Part shown: positions 23,101 to 36,682 of the stretch, one piece after another
Layout of the letters: every line of letters begins with the position of its first letter
Numbering within the stretch: position 1 is the stretch's first letter
Assembly (NCBI GenBank): GCA_034780895.1
Contig: JAUZTB010000076.1
Location: forward strand, 95,934,596 to 95,998,595
Source of the DNA: Rhynchobatus australiae
Taxonomy: Eukaryota
Reading direction: 5' to 3'
DNA length: 64,000 nt
Notes under the pieces: generated by a model
The model's input: the letters and a program-made list of their open reading frames with translations, nothing else
The model's database searches: none
What the model was told of the DNA's origin: nothing
Translations under genes and position numbers: made by a program

Positions 23101-26100
23101 TATGACTGTTTAATGTAGCATTCAAATAGATTGATGAATTGTTTAATTAATAAAGGGAGAATATTATTTGGTCAATCAAATAAACATCCGCTGTAGCTTT
23201 AATACGTGTATGGTTTTTGGTGTGAGTGAGAGAAAGGTACTGGAGAAAGGCAAGGAAGATTTTCTCTCCGCCACTTGTAAAGAAATAGTTTGTGTTGAAT
23301 TGGCTGTCTAATTTTCAACAGCAGCTGTTTGCTTTGTGTGCATTTGATTACACTGTGATACAACATTATTGTTTAATAAGAGAAATTGGCTAGCCGGAAT
23401 TAGCAGTGAGAAAGATGAAGAGACGAGTCCATGCCACTTCATGATATTTAGACGGTGAAACGTTCTTTCACGGTGAGCTGCAGTTAGGAAGCTGCCTTAT
23501 ACAGTACTTGGAATGTTGTTAACATAGAAGAGCAGCAATCGGTTCAGAAGAACGCGTGGCCACAAGTGTTTTGCTCTTGTTACTCCTGGGTTTTCCTTTG
23601 AAATGCTCAAATGACTGTGGCTATTTGATGGAGCAGCTGCTTGTCATTTCCTCTTCTTTTCCACAGCCCTGTTCACGGGTGTGGTGGTTGCAGAGTTCCT
23701 AGGTGGACCCTGTTGTAAAATAGAGACTAGTGGGCAATATGCTCTACAGCGCTGAGATGTATTTATGCAATCACAAATTAAATGTCAAAGAAACTTGCTA
23801 ATTTTGAACCATTATTTTTCCACTAATCCATTGTATTTGTTCTCCTTATTGCCCTTCTNNNNNNNNNNNNNNNNNNNNNNNNNNNNNNNNNNNNNNNNNN
23901 NNNNNNNNNNNNNNNNNNNNNNNNNNNNNNNNNNNNNNNNNNNNNNNNNNNNNNNNNNTCCTGTGTAACACTGACTTTTGTTGAATATTTTTGGAAATTC
24001 AGAAAATATGCTGAGAAGCAATAGGCACTGAGAGATATGATGTGGGCATCCATACACGTGTTTGTTCATTTGATGAGCACCCCCAAATTTTTAAATAACT
24101 TATTTTTTCTTGGTCCACGTTGTTTTAGAGAGAGCCATTGTCAGATACCCTACAAATAAAGATGAGAAATGTTGAACTCTCTGCTAAATTACATCATAGC
24201 GTTCACAGTTAGCTAATTGTCATGTGTGTGTTTTTTAATCTATGTCTGTTTATTACAAATGTATGTTGCTCATTGTTAGGTACCAATTGGTATGTTTCCG
24301 AATGAGAATTTGGGTCCATGGATGCCAATGCACGTCATTATTCTGGTGTTTTTATTGTCACTGTGACTTGTCTTGAGGATCTGTATTTGTAGCGAGCTTA
24401 GATTAACAAACCTAATATTTTTGCATTTAAAAAAAACTTAAAGAAATAGCTTAGAACAACCTGCGCTTCCTGGATGAATCTTGCTGATAATTTACCAAAG
24501 CTCATTTGAATTTTAAGCACTTCTTTAATCTTCAAAGGCTAAATTGCTTTATGAATATGCATAGTGTGGGCAGACTTTAGTTCATTACCTAGTTGTAAAT
24601 TCTAATGACCATTAGGTCCTCGCTGTAATTGCCAATTGTTTTGCATTTTTGATTGGCCTATTAACATGTGCATTCGGCATGCATCAGGCTGGCTTGTCAG
24701 GATGCTGCAGAAGAAGAGGTGAAAATTGTTTGTATCGCCAAGATTTGAGTATTTCAGAGCTTGGAAAATTGATGTTGTAAATTAAAGCAGTGCTATTTTT
24801 TCCTCTNNNNNNNNNNNNNNNNNNNNNNNNNNNNNNNNNNNNNNNNNNNNNNNNNNNNNNNNNNNNNNNNNNNNNNNNNNNNNNNNNNNNNNNNNNNNNN
24901 NNNNNNNNNNNNNNNNNNNNNNNNNNNNNNNNNNNNNNCAGAAGCTGCCACTGTGGCTCTTTTCCCAAAGATGCTGTAGTCAAAAGCTGCAAGCCGCCCG
25001 CTTCCTCCAGTTCTGCTATGCTGAAAGCATGCTTCAGAGTTGTTAATATTCATTGGCGAAACAGTATCCAGAACACAAATAAATTATTAAGTGCATGAAC
25101 TTTTTAGACAGTAAGATGAACTGATGGGGTCCATCTGTGAGTTCTAGTTTTTTTTCCGTGTGCGCAGTCCTATCTGACTTCGTAGCCTTTGGTCCTGGTC
25201 CAAGTGCATGCATAATTGATTCCACACGCGCTATCATTTTCTTGATGTAATTGCATTAGTAAGATACGATGAAATCTAATGGATAATTCACGTTTTCCCC
25301 TTATTTTTTTGTACGTAAAGAATTGAAGACCAGAGGGAAGGAAAGGGTCGAGTGGGTGAGAAAATAAGTCCAGTGATAAAGTATGAACAAGGTGCTCCAT
25401 GCCACGTTGTTTGTTCCACTGTCGTGTGTCTGCAGAGCAGTTAGAATGACTTGACTTTGGCATCATGCCTTCTTCTCAACAAAATAGTTAAATACTACTG
25501 AATTAAACCTGTCATTTTACAGTTTGATAAAAACAGTTGCTTTTCAGTTTGGAGCAAGGAAAATAATGTCCCCTCCCCATTAACTAATGATCACTGGTGA
25601 TTCTGAAGCACTCTAATGTATTGAGGAATTTGTGTTTAATTGCTTAAGGCACTGAACATTGTCACTACAGAAACGGAGGGAGAAATAAATGTACCTTATT
25701 GCCTGATTTCTTTGGAGAGAATCTGTCTCCGAAAAACTGTACAATTCCATGAGAAGTGTTTTTTTTCAAATTCTTTTGAGATCATTGTTACAGCAGATTG
25801 ATAAAAAGATAATCAGTTTAAAACTGCTACTTTTATCACTGATCTTTGCATCAAAGAAACCAGAGTTAAGGGGCTATTGACAAAACAGTTCTGTACCAAG
25901 CAATTCAAATGTAAAGGGCCTTGATAATAAACAGTGGAATTTCTATTCTATAATATGAAAGACGAATGTACCTGCTCTTACTATTTTTGGAATGAACAGG
26001 AATTATTGAGAATGCAAACATTGTACATAATCCTACCACCACCACACCCGCCCCCCCACCAGTCCCGAGTAGCCTACTAAACATTACATTGCATAAATTT

Positions 26101-28974
26101 GGGAATGCTACTCTTTCTTAGAGATGATTAGCTGCCTTTGTTTAAGTTAAAATGTTCTTTTCTGGTTGATACTAACCTATTTTCGATTGTTTCAATCTCT
26201 ATGGTTATGGCTTGTAATTCACACATAGGGAAGGAAAGTCAGTTTGAGCTAAGTAAACGTGAGAGTTGTTCTGTCCTCCAAAGCACTGCAGTATTGTGAC
26301 TTTCCTCACAAGAAATGCAAACTGAGTAAAACCTAGCACGTAATTACATGTAAAAATGGGCAGTCTGATAGTGGTGACTTTTATAGTAATTCCTTTCAAA
26401 GTCTGAATTTGGAACCTGGTTAATATTTGGTTTTGATGAGTTCACATCAGATACTGGCAGTGCAGGAGTGCGAGGTTGGGAGAGTCGATGGGTGTCGCTG
26501 CTCAAAGGCTGTGTGAATAGCGACATCGGTTTGAATCGGTCTTTAATAAATCAGCTTATTGACAGCTTGAGTCCGACCCGTTTGGCTGTATGCTCCCTAT
26601 GGTAATTTCCCTATTTCAGATCAATCTGAATTGGTTTCCCTGTGCAGACGTGAATGGATTCAGCTCACTGCATGAGCTGTTAATGAACCAATCTGTGCAC
26701 ACCAGCACAGAAAATGGTTTATCTAAAATAAACCACCCCCAGAGTAGATTTATTAAAGATCAATCTAAACCTGATGCTGCCTTAAATGTGCACAGATACA
26801 AGTGATCAAGACCAAAATGAAGTACTTTAAAATGTCTAATGTACACAGAGACAAACAGAATTAGGGATGTGTGATGTGAGCAGGCGTGTATGTGTAAGGG
26901 GCTAGGATGAAAAGCAGCTTGAAGGCTTTTTCTAGCAAGGGACGTTCTAACAGAAATGTTTTCCAAACGTATTTGCCACAAGTGAAACATTTAAAGTAGG
27001 TAAGGGCATCCTGTAATAATTTATTTGCCGTTTCCTTGACCCTGTTCTTTTCAGGATCACCAGTAGCAGCTTTTAAAACTCTGTTATTTAGAAATTACTT
27101 TCATTCAGGACACATGAATTTCTTTTTTAAACTTTTCAAGCAGAGAAAAGGAATAGTCACTTTCTTTTCATTTAATATAGCTTTGTGTTTTTCTTCCTCT
27201 TCAGCTTTTTATTAAACCTAACTTGGCCGGGAGGGGCTTATGCAGAGCGGTCAAGCACATCTGCTCGTCTGAAGACGGTAAAGAAAAGGGGTTAGCAGCA
27301 CTGGGGCAGCAGCACAAAGGGAAATTGTACATTTGAACCATTAGTCTCTTTAGCCTTGGTGCAGCCAGACTGGTTTAGCAGACAGAATGATAGATTGCTT
27401 TGTCATAGGTCCCAGGGTGTGCCCTGAACTTGAAGCACTTTGTTTATCCCGAATAGAAAGGGAAAGGCAGACATAATCTATGTCTAGCTTTTAGGAGCTG
27501 AGGGGTAGAAGAGTAGACTGGCAGGGTGGAGGAGGGCTTGGAGGGGGAGGGGAGGTGATTGGAGGCCCTGATGATGGCTGTCCATTAACATATATGAACT
27601 TGGCTTGGCTCCAGACTTTTGATGAAAGTGTCATAGTCATCGAGCAGTTTTTTTTCTTTACCTGCTGACAGCATTAATGCTCCTGGGTCTTTTGGCTGAG
27701 GGGGTAAAAAGCCGACACGGCTCAATTTTTATCTTGAGAACCAGTTGAGACTGGTCTGCCTGGCCTTGCGGGCGGGCTCTTATCGTCTTTCCTGGCTTGC
27801 GTTGTAAAGACTTGTGATAATGCCAGTAACCCGAGGGCTCTGGACAGGGGGGGATGGTGGTTGTGGAGAGGGGTGGTGCGGGGAGGGAGGGGGAAGAGAA
27901 AAGAGAGAGAGAGAGGTTTGGTGTTTGTGCAAGCAAATTAAATTGAGAGTCTTTCATAAATGGGAGAGGTTGAACTTGCCCTATAGAAATCATCTGCAAA
28001 CTAATCCACACGTGGTGTCTAGAAACGTGATGTGACAGCAAAGGGAGGGGGGAATACTAGGACAAAAGGATGCATTGTAAATGATGGACACAAGACCGAG
28101 GGGGGAAAAAAGGGGTGAAAAAAACTTAAAAGTAGCTGGTGCTGGAAAATCAGACCCCGGTCTTGTGAATGGTAAAGCTGCTGGTAAGGGGTTAGCAGGG
28201 CTGCATTGTTCCTCTGATCTAAAAGAAATAATACACAGAAAATCAATAGCCTTGACTAGTGATAATTTACAGTACTCTGAGTGCTAACTATTCTGGTACT
28301 CGATGATGAGCTCCCAGTACAAAGAGCAGTTCTCCAGCATTTTATTTCTGTCACAATGCATCATGTCTGTTGTAGGTCATTCCTTTCTCTTTAAAAAAAA
28401 TTGTTTCCTCAGAATATCTTAATGCTGTTCTTGTATAATTTATGAGTGCCTTCACACATTGAAGATTTTCATTGCAGTTTACTTTTGGTGTATAGGTGTG
28501 AGCCACACAGCAATAATATCAATTGTTGTTGTGTGGAAAAGGTTTTTTCTTTGGGGTGGGCGGGTGGGAGGGTTGTTGTTCTCTGATCAGCTTAATGGGC
28601 TGCTAAGAATGGAAGGAAATGCCTCTGGTTCACAACCGAAAACCTAATCAATACTCCAGCATGAAACTGACAGTTCTTCTGAAGCTATGGCTCTAAAATA
28701 TTTATACTAAAGACTTCTTGAGAAAGCTGCTTTTTCTTTTACCCCAATTCAGTATTCAGTAGGGTAGATATCATCATTATGGCACCACAGCCTTTAGCAT
28801 GTGTACAATTTACAGTTGTGCATCTATTTTGATGTTGTTTTTGCCCAGTTTCTTAAGCCACAAGGCCAGCTATTTTGTGAACCTACCTTTGTTTGTGGCA
28901 TGGCAGTGAGCTTAATAGTATGAGGGTGCACATGTTCTCAAATACCATTTGTTGTCCTTATTTACACCTTTTTA

Positions 28975-29350
28975 AGACATAGAAGACCATTGAGCCCATC
29001 GAGTCTGTGCTGGCTCTTGGAGAAATCTCATCAATTCCATTCCCCTATTAACCTACCACCTGTCCACATCAGGGGTAATTTACAATAACCAATTAACCTT
29101 TCAACCAGTATGCCATCAGAGTGTGGGAGGAAAGTGGAGCACCTGGGGGAAACCCACAAGATCACAAGGAAAACATGCAAACTCCACATAGACAGCATTG
29201 AAGGTCAGACTCAAACCCAGATTACTGGAGCTGTATGGCAACAGCCTTAACCAGTGTGTCACCATACTACCCTTAACAGCAAAGCTAGCCACTGCGCTAC
29301 TCTGCTGCCCTTAACAGCAGCACTAACTGCAAAGCCACTGTGCCGCCCTT
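28975..29350 (-). mobile_element. tRNA-derived SINE (V-SINE/HE1-like) with a CR1-like tail
   Basis: Central motif TGTGGGAGGAAAGTGGAGCACCTGGGGGAAACCCAC...GCAAACTCCACATAGACAGC, shared with copies at 44.9, 51.4 and 61.2 kb. A tRNA-like head lies at the right end. Confidence 0.85.
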
Positions 29351-32300
29351 TAAAGCAACTTGAACTATTTACAGTGATCCTCCCAAAGATGATTAAAATA
29401 ATTTGCTCTACATACTGTAAATACAGACCAGCTGAATGTAGATGTTGGCCGAATCTAATCTGAAGTAGTTCGACAGATTGGTCTCACTTGTGAGGCCTAT
29501 GCTGAATTACTGACGTCTTGCAATGGTCTGAATTTCAAATGAAGGCTCAGTTATTTGCTAAACCAGCATGCTCGCGTGCTTCCATTAAAATAAGTGAGCA
29601 GTTCCAGCACTTTCGATTGCTGATACAGATACTGATGACTATACTGGAAGTAATTATTGGTGTTTGTGGTTGGGTGTTGCTGAAATTACAGATTGTGAAA
29701 TTTAATCAGTTTATTTTGTAAAGAAAACCCATAAGTATAAGGTTATAGATCTAAAGTATGAATGAGGGAGGTTGCTATTTTCAAAGTGGGCCATTTGGAG
29801 AATTTTGTTGCCCATATCCACTTGGTTTTGGACCCTATTTTCTGGCCTGGATGTGGCATGATATCAGTTTAACAGGCAGCTGTCAAACACAATTACAGAG
29901 GAGAAAGCCATCTTTACCAAAAAAAAAAGGTTTTGAAATTAAAATCATTATTTTCAATAACTTGAAAAAGACATGGCTCATTGTACCTTTATTGACAATG
30001 TATTCCAGTATTTGCACTTCTGTGCTAAATCCAAAGATGGGAGTGTGTGTGAAAACATGAATTAGTGATATGTGCATTAGGAATTGTGCACAATGGGGAA
30101 AAAAAAGAGTCCAGTTTTGACAATAAATATGAACAAATCTCAACTTTGGAGTAGAGTGCAGATGAACAAGACATTACTGAGTTATTGCATCTCATCCTAA
30201 GAGCATATTTAGATGACTGATTTTAAAAAGTGGCCCTCGGCCTTGCCAATATTTTCTGTAATGAGCAAATGGAGGAAGGAGACAGCAGGAAGTTTTGGAG
30301 AGAGATCTTTCTGCTGAGATTTCTATTAATTTAGGCAATTGCACTGAAATAAGAACTGCTATATTGAGTGATTCCATAAAATTGAGAGTGTAAAGAAATT
30401 AAAATAATTGCAAAGTCCATTCTTGCATTTTCTGAAATGGCCTCATGCAGCATTTCAAATCTGAACTTTGTGCATCTGCTCATGTTAGACCCTGGAGGCT
30501 TTAAGTGAAGGTGGATTTTTGGTATCATGTTCAATGAAACTTTTTTAAATGAAATATAATTTGTTAAAAAACTGACAATTGATGTTTCATTTCTCAAAAA
30601 GAATACTTTAACAATGTGTTTAAGATCTTAGTCGATGATTTTTTTCTTAATAATTAAGACAAAAAAAATTTAAATCTGNNNNCAAACTTGAAAACAACTA
30701 TCTGGATGATACTTAAAAAGCTTCTGGGTTACTAGTTTACCGTTTGTCATTTTGTACTATATTTCCAGGGGATAGGTGTGGGTTATCTTTTTAATCTTCA
30801 ATTAAGTATTGTCAGTACAGGCATACTAGATCAAGTTAATATCCCACAGTTTGTAAAGCAAGGTACAGAGTGCAGTTGAGGATGTACCTGCTCTTGATTC
30901 AAGCTTTATTACCACAGAATGTGACTGGGATTTTGCAGGTTCGTAAGTGGCCTCTTGGGACTGAAGAATGATTACTAGTAAAATACCTCAGACCTTAACC
31001 CACAGCCAGGAATGTGGAGCTAAAATTTTCTTGATTCTGGAGAGGAACTAATCTCAAGATTCAAGTTCACCTTTGTTTTTCATTTTAAAAAAACAGAATT
31101 ATGACTAAAGCAGGGTAATATCATGATACTTTGAATATCAGTATTTAAGATTAGCAATATATCCACCCACCTGCCTTTCCTCAAACCCTGTTTATGGATT
31201 ATTTCACTTGGAGGTATTGTGTGAGCAGGAAGCTTGTTACTCCTGAAAATTGGGAAGTATTAGGGAAAAAAATTAAAGCTTATTATTTTAACTGTCAGTG
31301 TTACTTCCTCAGAGCCAAGCACTGATGTTGCTTTGGAGTTAATAATATACATAAGTCAGAGAAGCCTCATATTTATATGTTCTTCCTAGTTTCAAAATTC
31401 TTTTGAGCTCTGGACTGTTTGCTCTGAACTGTCGGCTTTCTTGCCTTCTCAGAAAAGTCTGTTCTTTTCCATACTTAAGAGCTCCTGACAATTACCTGTG
31501 CCCACTAAAGTGCTTATTTTCTCAACAGAAATGACTGTCCTGAAATCAGAATTAAAAATGTAACACCAGTCGTTCCCAACCAATGAAGGAGAGAGAGGGG
31601 TGGGGGGGGTTCTGGTGGGAGGATCTTTGAGGAGTAGAACACCTGGGCAGTAATAGTGTGCTATCATCACCACCTAAGCTTCAGGCTTTTGGTTGGCTCA
31701 GTTTATGTTTCCTAGTAAACAGGCGTATTCCAGTTCTGGCGCTCATCTAAAATGCTCAAAGGAAGACAACGTACATTTTTGCTCTTCAGACTCTGAATGA
31801 AACCACTGAAAGCCCAATATCCTCTGGTTGCCAAAATGTATTTCGAAAATTGCCAAAATATTCCATGCAGTTAATTGTACAGTAGGATGCTCTTGCTATT
31901 TCTGTCATAGCTCTCTAATGGGGCAGCCAGTTACAAAAAGTGATGCATGGATTATGTTTACTATGACATGTCTTTGGAGGTTGGGCCATGCAATTTGCGG
32001 GGAAGATAAATTAATTGAGCTCCTGTTTCAAATAGTTACTAAAGTTGCCAATCTCCAACCAGTAAAAAACCATTGTAAGCCATGGACAATGTTTAAATAT
32101 ATGTGGCTGGCTCAGAGTTATCTTCCAATCCTGCTGCAAGGCAGAATGAAGGTTATCCCACACAAGTTTTTATACCAATGCCAAAAATACATTTGGGAAC
32201 TTCAGTGAATCTGCTTTTACACAGAAAGCTATAGACCTATATTGAGTTCTGTTGACTATCTGGCTGAAAGGAGAAGGAAACAGAGACCATAAGTACTGTT

Positions 32301-33554
32301 AATGATTATTGATCTAACCAAGGGGATGGTTTAAAAAGTACTGTCAGAATTATATAACAATTATGGCATTTTATAAATTGTTTCAAAAGAATAAATTTAG
32401 CCTAGATTTCCAAAGAATCGCTTCTATTTTCTACGATTCTAACCCCTGTCTTGCCCAATGCTGTCTAGGTACTTGTTCTTTTAAATGGAATTGTTTGCCT
32501 TTGTACTGACTGTATTTTGTCCTGTGTTAATATGTGGATCAATGTGTTGCTTGTCCTCATTCTCTGAGCCATTCTGTCTGTCTGGTCTCTTTGAGTGGAG
32601 TTCCACCATGATGGGTCAGGGTTCACATATGCAAGGAGTTCACAAAAGTGAAAGGAGAAATTTAAATTGCTCTTTCCACCCCACTGACAGTGCCCACTAT
32701 CATTGAAATTACTGTCACAGCATGAACTATGCTGATGATGCAGAGTTCACTTTCTGGTTCTCAAGATGTTGAGGTAAGCTTTGGGGAAGGGGAAAATGTA
32801 ACAGATTACTTAACCAAATAAGGTCTTAAGCTTACCATCTTCCCTGCCCTAAACCCTAAGTTAGTGAGTGAAGCTGACCAAGAAAGAATTGGGAGTATGG
32901 GAATGGATTCTGATTGATTCTGATTAATTCTGATGAAATGGTAAAAATTAGCTTCTTTTTTAACTTCAATATCATCGGGTACAAAATAAATGGGGTAAAT
33001 TAAACTTTAACCATAGGCTTTAACCAGACTTTTTGTTGTCCTTTACTCCGGGAGCTGGGATTAATTTGTACCACACCCACTATTGTTAAGAAAATTACAT
33101 TTTATTTTACTGTTTATAATGCTCCTCAATTTGAAGTTCATTTTAAATCTCAAATTGCCTCGTGTGTATTATCTCTGATACCTCATAGTCTGTCAGATTC
33201 AGATTCACTACAGTTCTATTCCAATATTTTAAAAATAAAGCCAACTGAGAGTGAGTAACTCATCTCAAGGTTGACCCAACTGTGCTCTCAGGACTAGTCA
33301 GTAGGAATGTGCATGAGTAGAATTACTGATCTATTAATTCCTTCTGTTTTCCTCATTCTCCCTGTACTGTGCTTATTATGTCTTTGCTTTCTTAATAGGC
33401 ACTGCATTATAAAAAGTAATTCATTGCTTGATGTGCTGTGAAACATTTTATTGTTAAAAATCACTGTGTAAGCGTAAGTATTATTGTCTCATTTTAATAT
33501 TGAACTTGACCAGACTGTGATTTGTATATGAAGAATTAACCAAAGATTGTGGAA

Positions 33555-33660
33555 CAGAAGGGACTTGCATTTGTATCACATCTTTCACAACCTTAGTATG
33601 TCCCAAAGTGCTTTACAAGCATTGAAGTTCCTTTGAAGCATTGCCCCTGTTGTAATATGA
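33555..33660 (-). mobile_element. Deu-SINE/L2-type 3' tail fragment
   Basis: ACTTGCATTTGTATCACATCTTTCACAACC...TGTCCCAAAGTGCTTTACA, similar to 54235-54300. Confidence 0.6.
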
Positions 33661-36169
33661 TCAGTCCTAAGCAAATTCTCAGAGAATTAATCTAATTTGA
33701 AAATAATTGAATAATTCAGTTTTTAAATGCTGTTTCTGGAGTTGTCTTCATACTTGTCCAGATCTTAGTCAGTTTGATGTTTTATATTTGTGGGAATAAG
33801 AAGAAATGATCTTCTCCTAGATTTACTAAGCACTACGTCAGGTAGCAAAACAAAAGCGCACACAAGACTTTGAAATTTGGAGTTGCAATTTTACATGTGT
33901 ATAAATGCTGAATTTGTTTTAGTAACATGTGCGTACTGTGGGCCTGAAGGGGAATTTTCCCCGACTGATGTTTTTATTTTAATGACCATTTTAGTGATTG
34001 AAGCAATGCTAAGTCTCTTTGACATTTGATATTTACTCTCATTTCCATTTATAGAAGGCTATAATTTTTAATATTAAAAGATACATCTGGCATTATTTGG
34101 TCCACAGCACTTCAGATGTATTATTTTGGCGTACTCTTGAACATTACACACATAAATTTCTTTGTTTCACTTACTTTTAACTTGTATTTTGTACTCACAA
34201 ATGAACAATAAGCTAGAAGTGAAGAGGCAAGTACTTACTAGTAAGGAGTATCAGTGAAGGCCGATTGATGATAAATGCTGACAATAATTTGGGATTGAAC
34301 AGGAAGCTAAATCTACCAATGGTTGAAAGAGAATCAATCAAATCATGCAAAACCTTTTGTGGCTATGATTTTTGTTTTCTCAGTAATTGATATCTACATT
34401 ATTGAAAGCAAGTTCACTGGCAATTTAATTTTAAAAAAATAAACGTTTCACACACACTTGGTCTTTGAATGTCTTAAATATGTTTGTTTACAGATCTTTT
34501 TTGTGGCTGAATATGAAAACTGATGATTGTGGCTAGATGCCTTTTACAGACCATAATTCTGGAATCTTTTTTAGCTTATTGCAAAGCTGGTTATAGTGCT
34601 AGCACAATTGCTTGACTGCATAGTCTATGTTGGTATGAATTGAATTATGTATTTCCTGTACTGTCTATTTTGCCTTAGTTTATTTTGCAGTTTCTTAAAT
34701 GCTGTTCACTGGATATCACAACTTGCATGATGTGAAATAACTGATGACTGTATAACCATGTATTCAATTACTTTTTCTTTGATGCTGAGTTTCCATTTTT
34801 GATTATTGGTGTTTGGCTTTTTTAATATATCTTGGAAGAGGTTTGTTTAGGAACATTCAGTTGTGTACAGATGATCAAGAGCTGTTTTACTTACAGATTT
34901 ATTCAAAGCTAATTTCTAGATTCTTCAACAAACAACAACTGAATTGTCATTGCCTTTTTGCTTTCTATTTAGTAAAACCCATCAGACTTTGTGTGCTGAA
35001 AAGAACAGAGTTCTACCTAACTTGCAAAATAAAACAGTAGGCCTGAATTTCCTCAAACTAATTTACCCCACTATTATTCTCATTGAGGAATGGTGGGATT
35101 TAAAAAATGGGCATTGTAAACAAAATCAGATTGAACAATCAGGATTGAAGAATGAAACATGCATCCTCTTCCTTTCAAGCTCCAATTGATAATTCGTATT
35201 ATGAAAATAATGTTTAAAGATATTAAACCATTATTTATGCACTATAAACATTCATGTTTAAGGAAGCTTAACCTCTGATGTCATAGAAAATAATTAATCA
35301 AAATACAATGCAAATTTTCCTACGGAGAAGTAAGAACTCATTCTTACTTCTTAATAACAACTTTGAGTTTGGCTGCACTCAAAGTTAAATCCATGCCTAT
35401 TCAGAATGGGTGCCAATCCAGGAGAAATGTGTTCTCTGCTCTCTTGCATGGAAGGGAGCTCTGTTAATAATCAAAGTAAAATTTTGGTGGATGTAACTTG
35501 TAATTGATTGAGGGAATTTGTACGTGATGATGTTTTGGTGGAAAACTAGTGTTAATCATTTCGGCATGAGATTTTGTGGGTGTGGCTATTGAGTTTAGCT
35601 CCATTGTTATGCTGTTTTTCATTTGTAGGAAATTATGGGGTATTTTGTGCTACATGAAACAATGCTCTTGTCCTTACAGTAGTACACCATCTTGCTTACC
35701 AGGAGAGGTTTGCCAAATTTACTGAGCTTTACATTTTCATTCTTTTAGTTTTTGTTTTAATCCTGCTGTAAATTGCCTTATGTTCACACTGTACATTTGG
35801 TCATACTTCTGTAAAGATGCAAGGGATTGTGTGGGGCATCACTTTGTTTCATTTGTTCCTGACACTCCGCTTTTGGGATCATAAGCATTCACACGACTTC
35901 TGGGGAGATCTCTGCTCAGCTGAATGTGACTTGATGCCCCTGGAAAAGGGCTGAGGAAGAAACCTGAGCAGTGTCCTCCTTGAATCCCTGTGGCTTCCCT
36001 CCAAATGCTGGTTTAAAATTTGCCTCACTCAGAGGTTGCTATAAAGTTGATGTGAACAGCCTCATTTAAATGTGTGTGCTTCCATCTTTTGTGCCGGATA
36101 AAGAGGACATTATGAACCAACTCAAGATTTTGGTTTATATTATTTGATGATGCAGTACCAGCATGCCTT

Positions 36170-36682
36170 TTATGACTGTGTGCAGTTCTGGTCATTGCAT
36201 TATAGGAAGGATGTGGAGGCTTTGGAGTGGGTACAGAAGAGGCTCACCAGGGTGTTGCCTGGATTAGATAGTAGCAGCTATAAGGAGAGAGTGGATAAAC
36301 TTGGATTGCTTTCTCTGGAGTGTCAGAGGCTGAGGGGTAACCTGATCAAAGTATATAAAATTATGAGAGGGATAGATAGGGTAAATGGTGAGAGTCTTTT
36401 TCCCAATGCGGAAATGTCAAGTACTAGAGGGCATAGGGTGAGAGGGAGGAAGTTTAAAGGAGGTTTGGGATGCATTTTTTTTACAGAGATGGCAATGTGC
36501 TGCCAGAGGAGATGGTGGAAGCAGATACAATAGTAACATTTGAGAGGCATTTAGGCAAGCAGGCAGGGGATGGAGGGATATAGACCACGTGCAGGCAGAT
36601 GGGATTAGTTTAAATTGGCATCATGATTGGCACAGACATTGTGGGTTGAAGGGCTGTTCCTGTGCTGTACTGCTTTATATTC
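36170..36682 (+). mobile_element. CR1 LINE 3' end
   Basis: ORF 36144-36533: CVQFWSLHYRKDVEALEWVQKRLTRVLPGL...LGLLSLECQRLRGNLIKVYKIMRGIDRV, followed by the CR1 3'UTR. Confidence 0.92.

Noticed and set aside
25830-25839. CTTTTATCAC matching the recalled core of the human +58 erythroid enhancer GATA site
   Set aside because: Only a 10-nt AT-rich match at about +13 kb, with no flanking similarity; not evidence of orthology.
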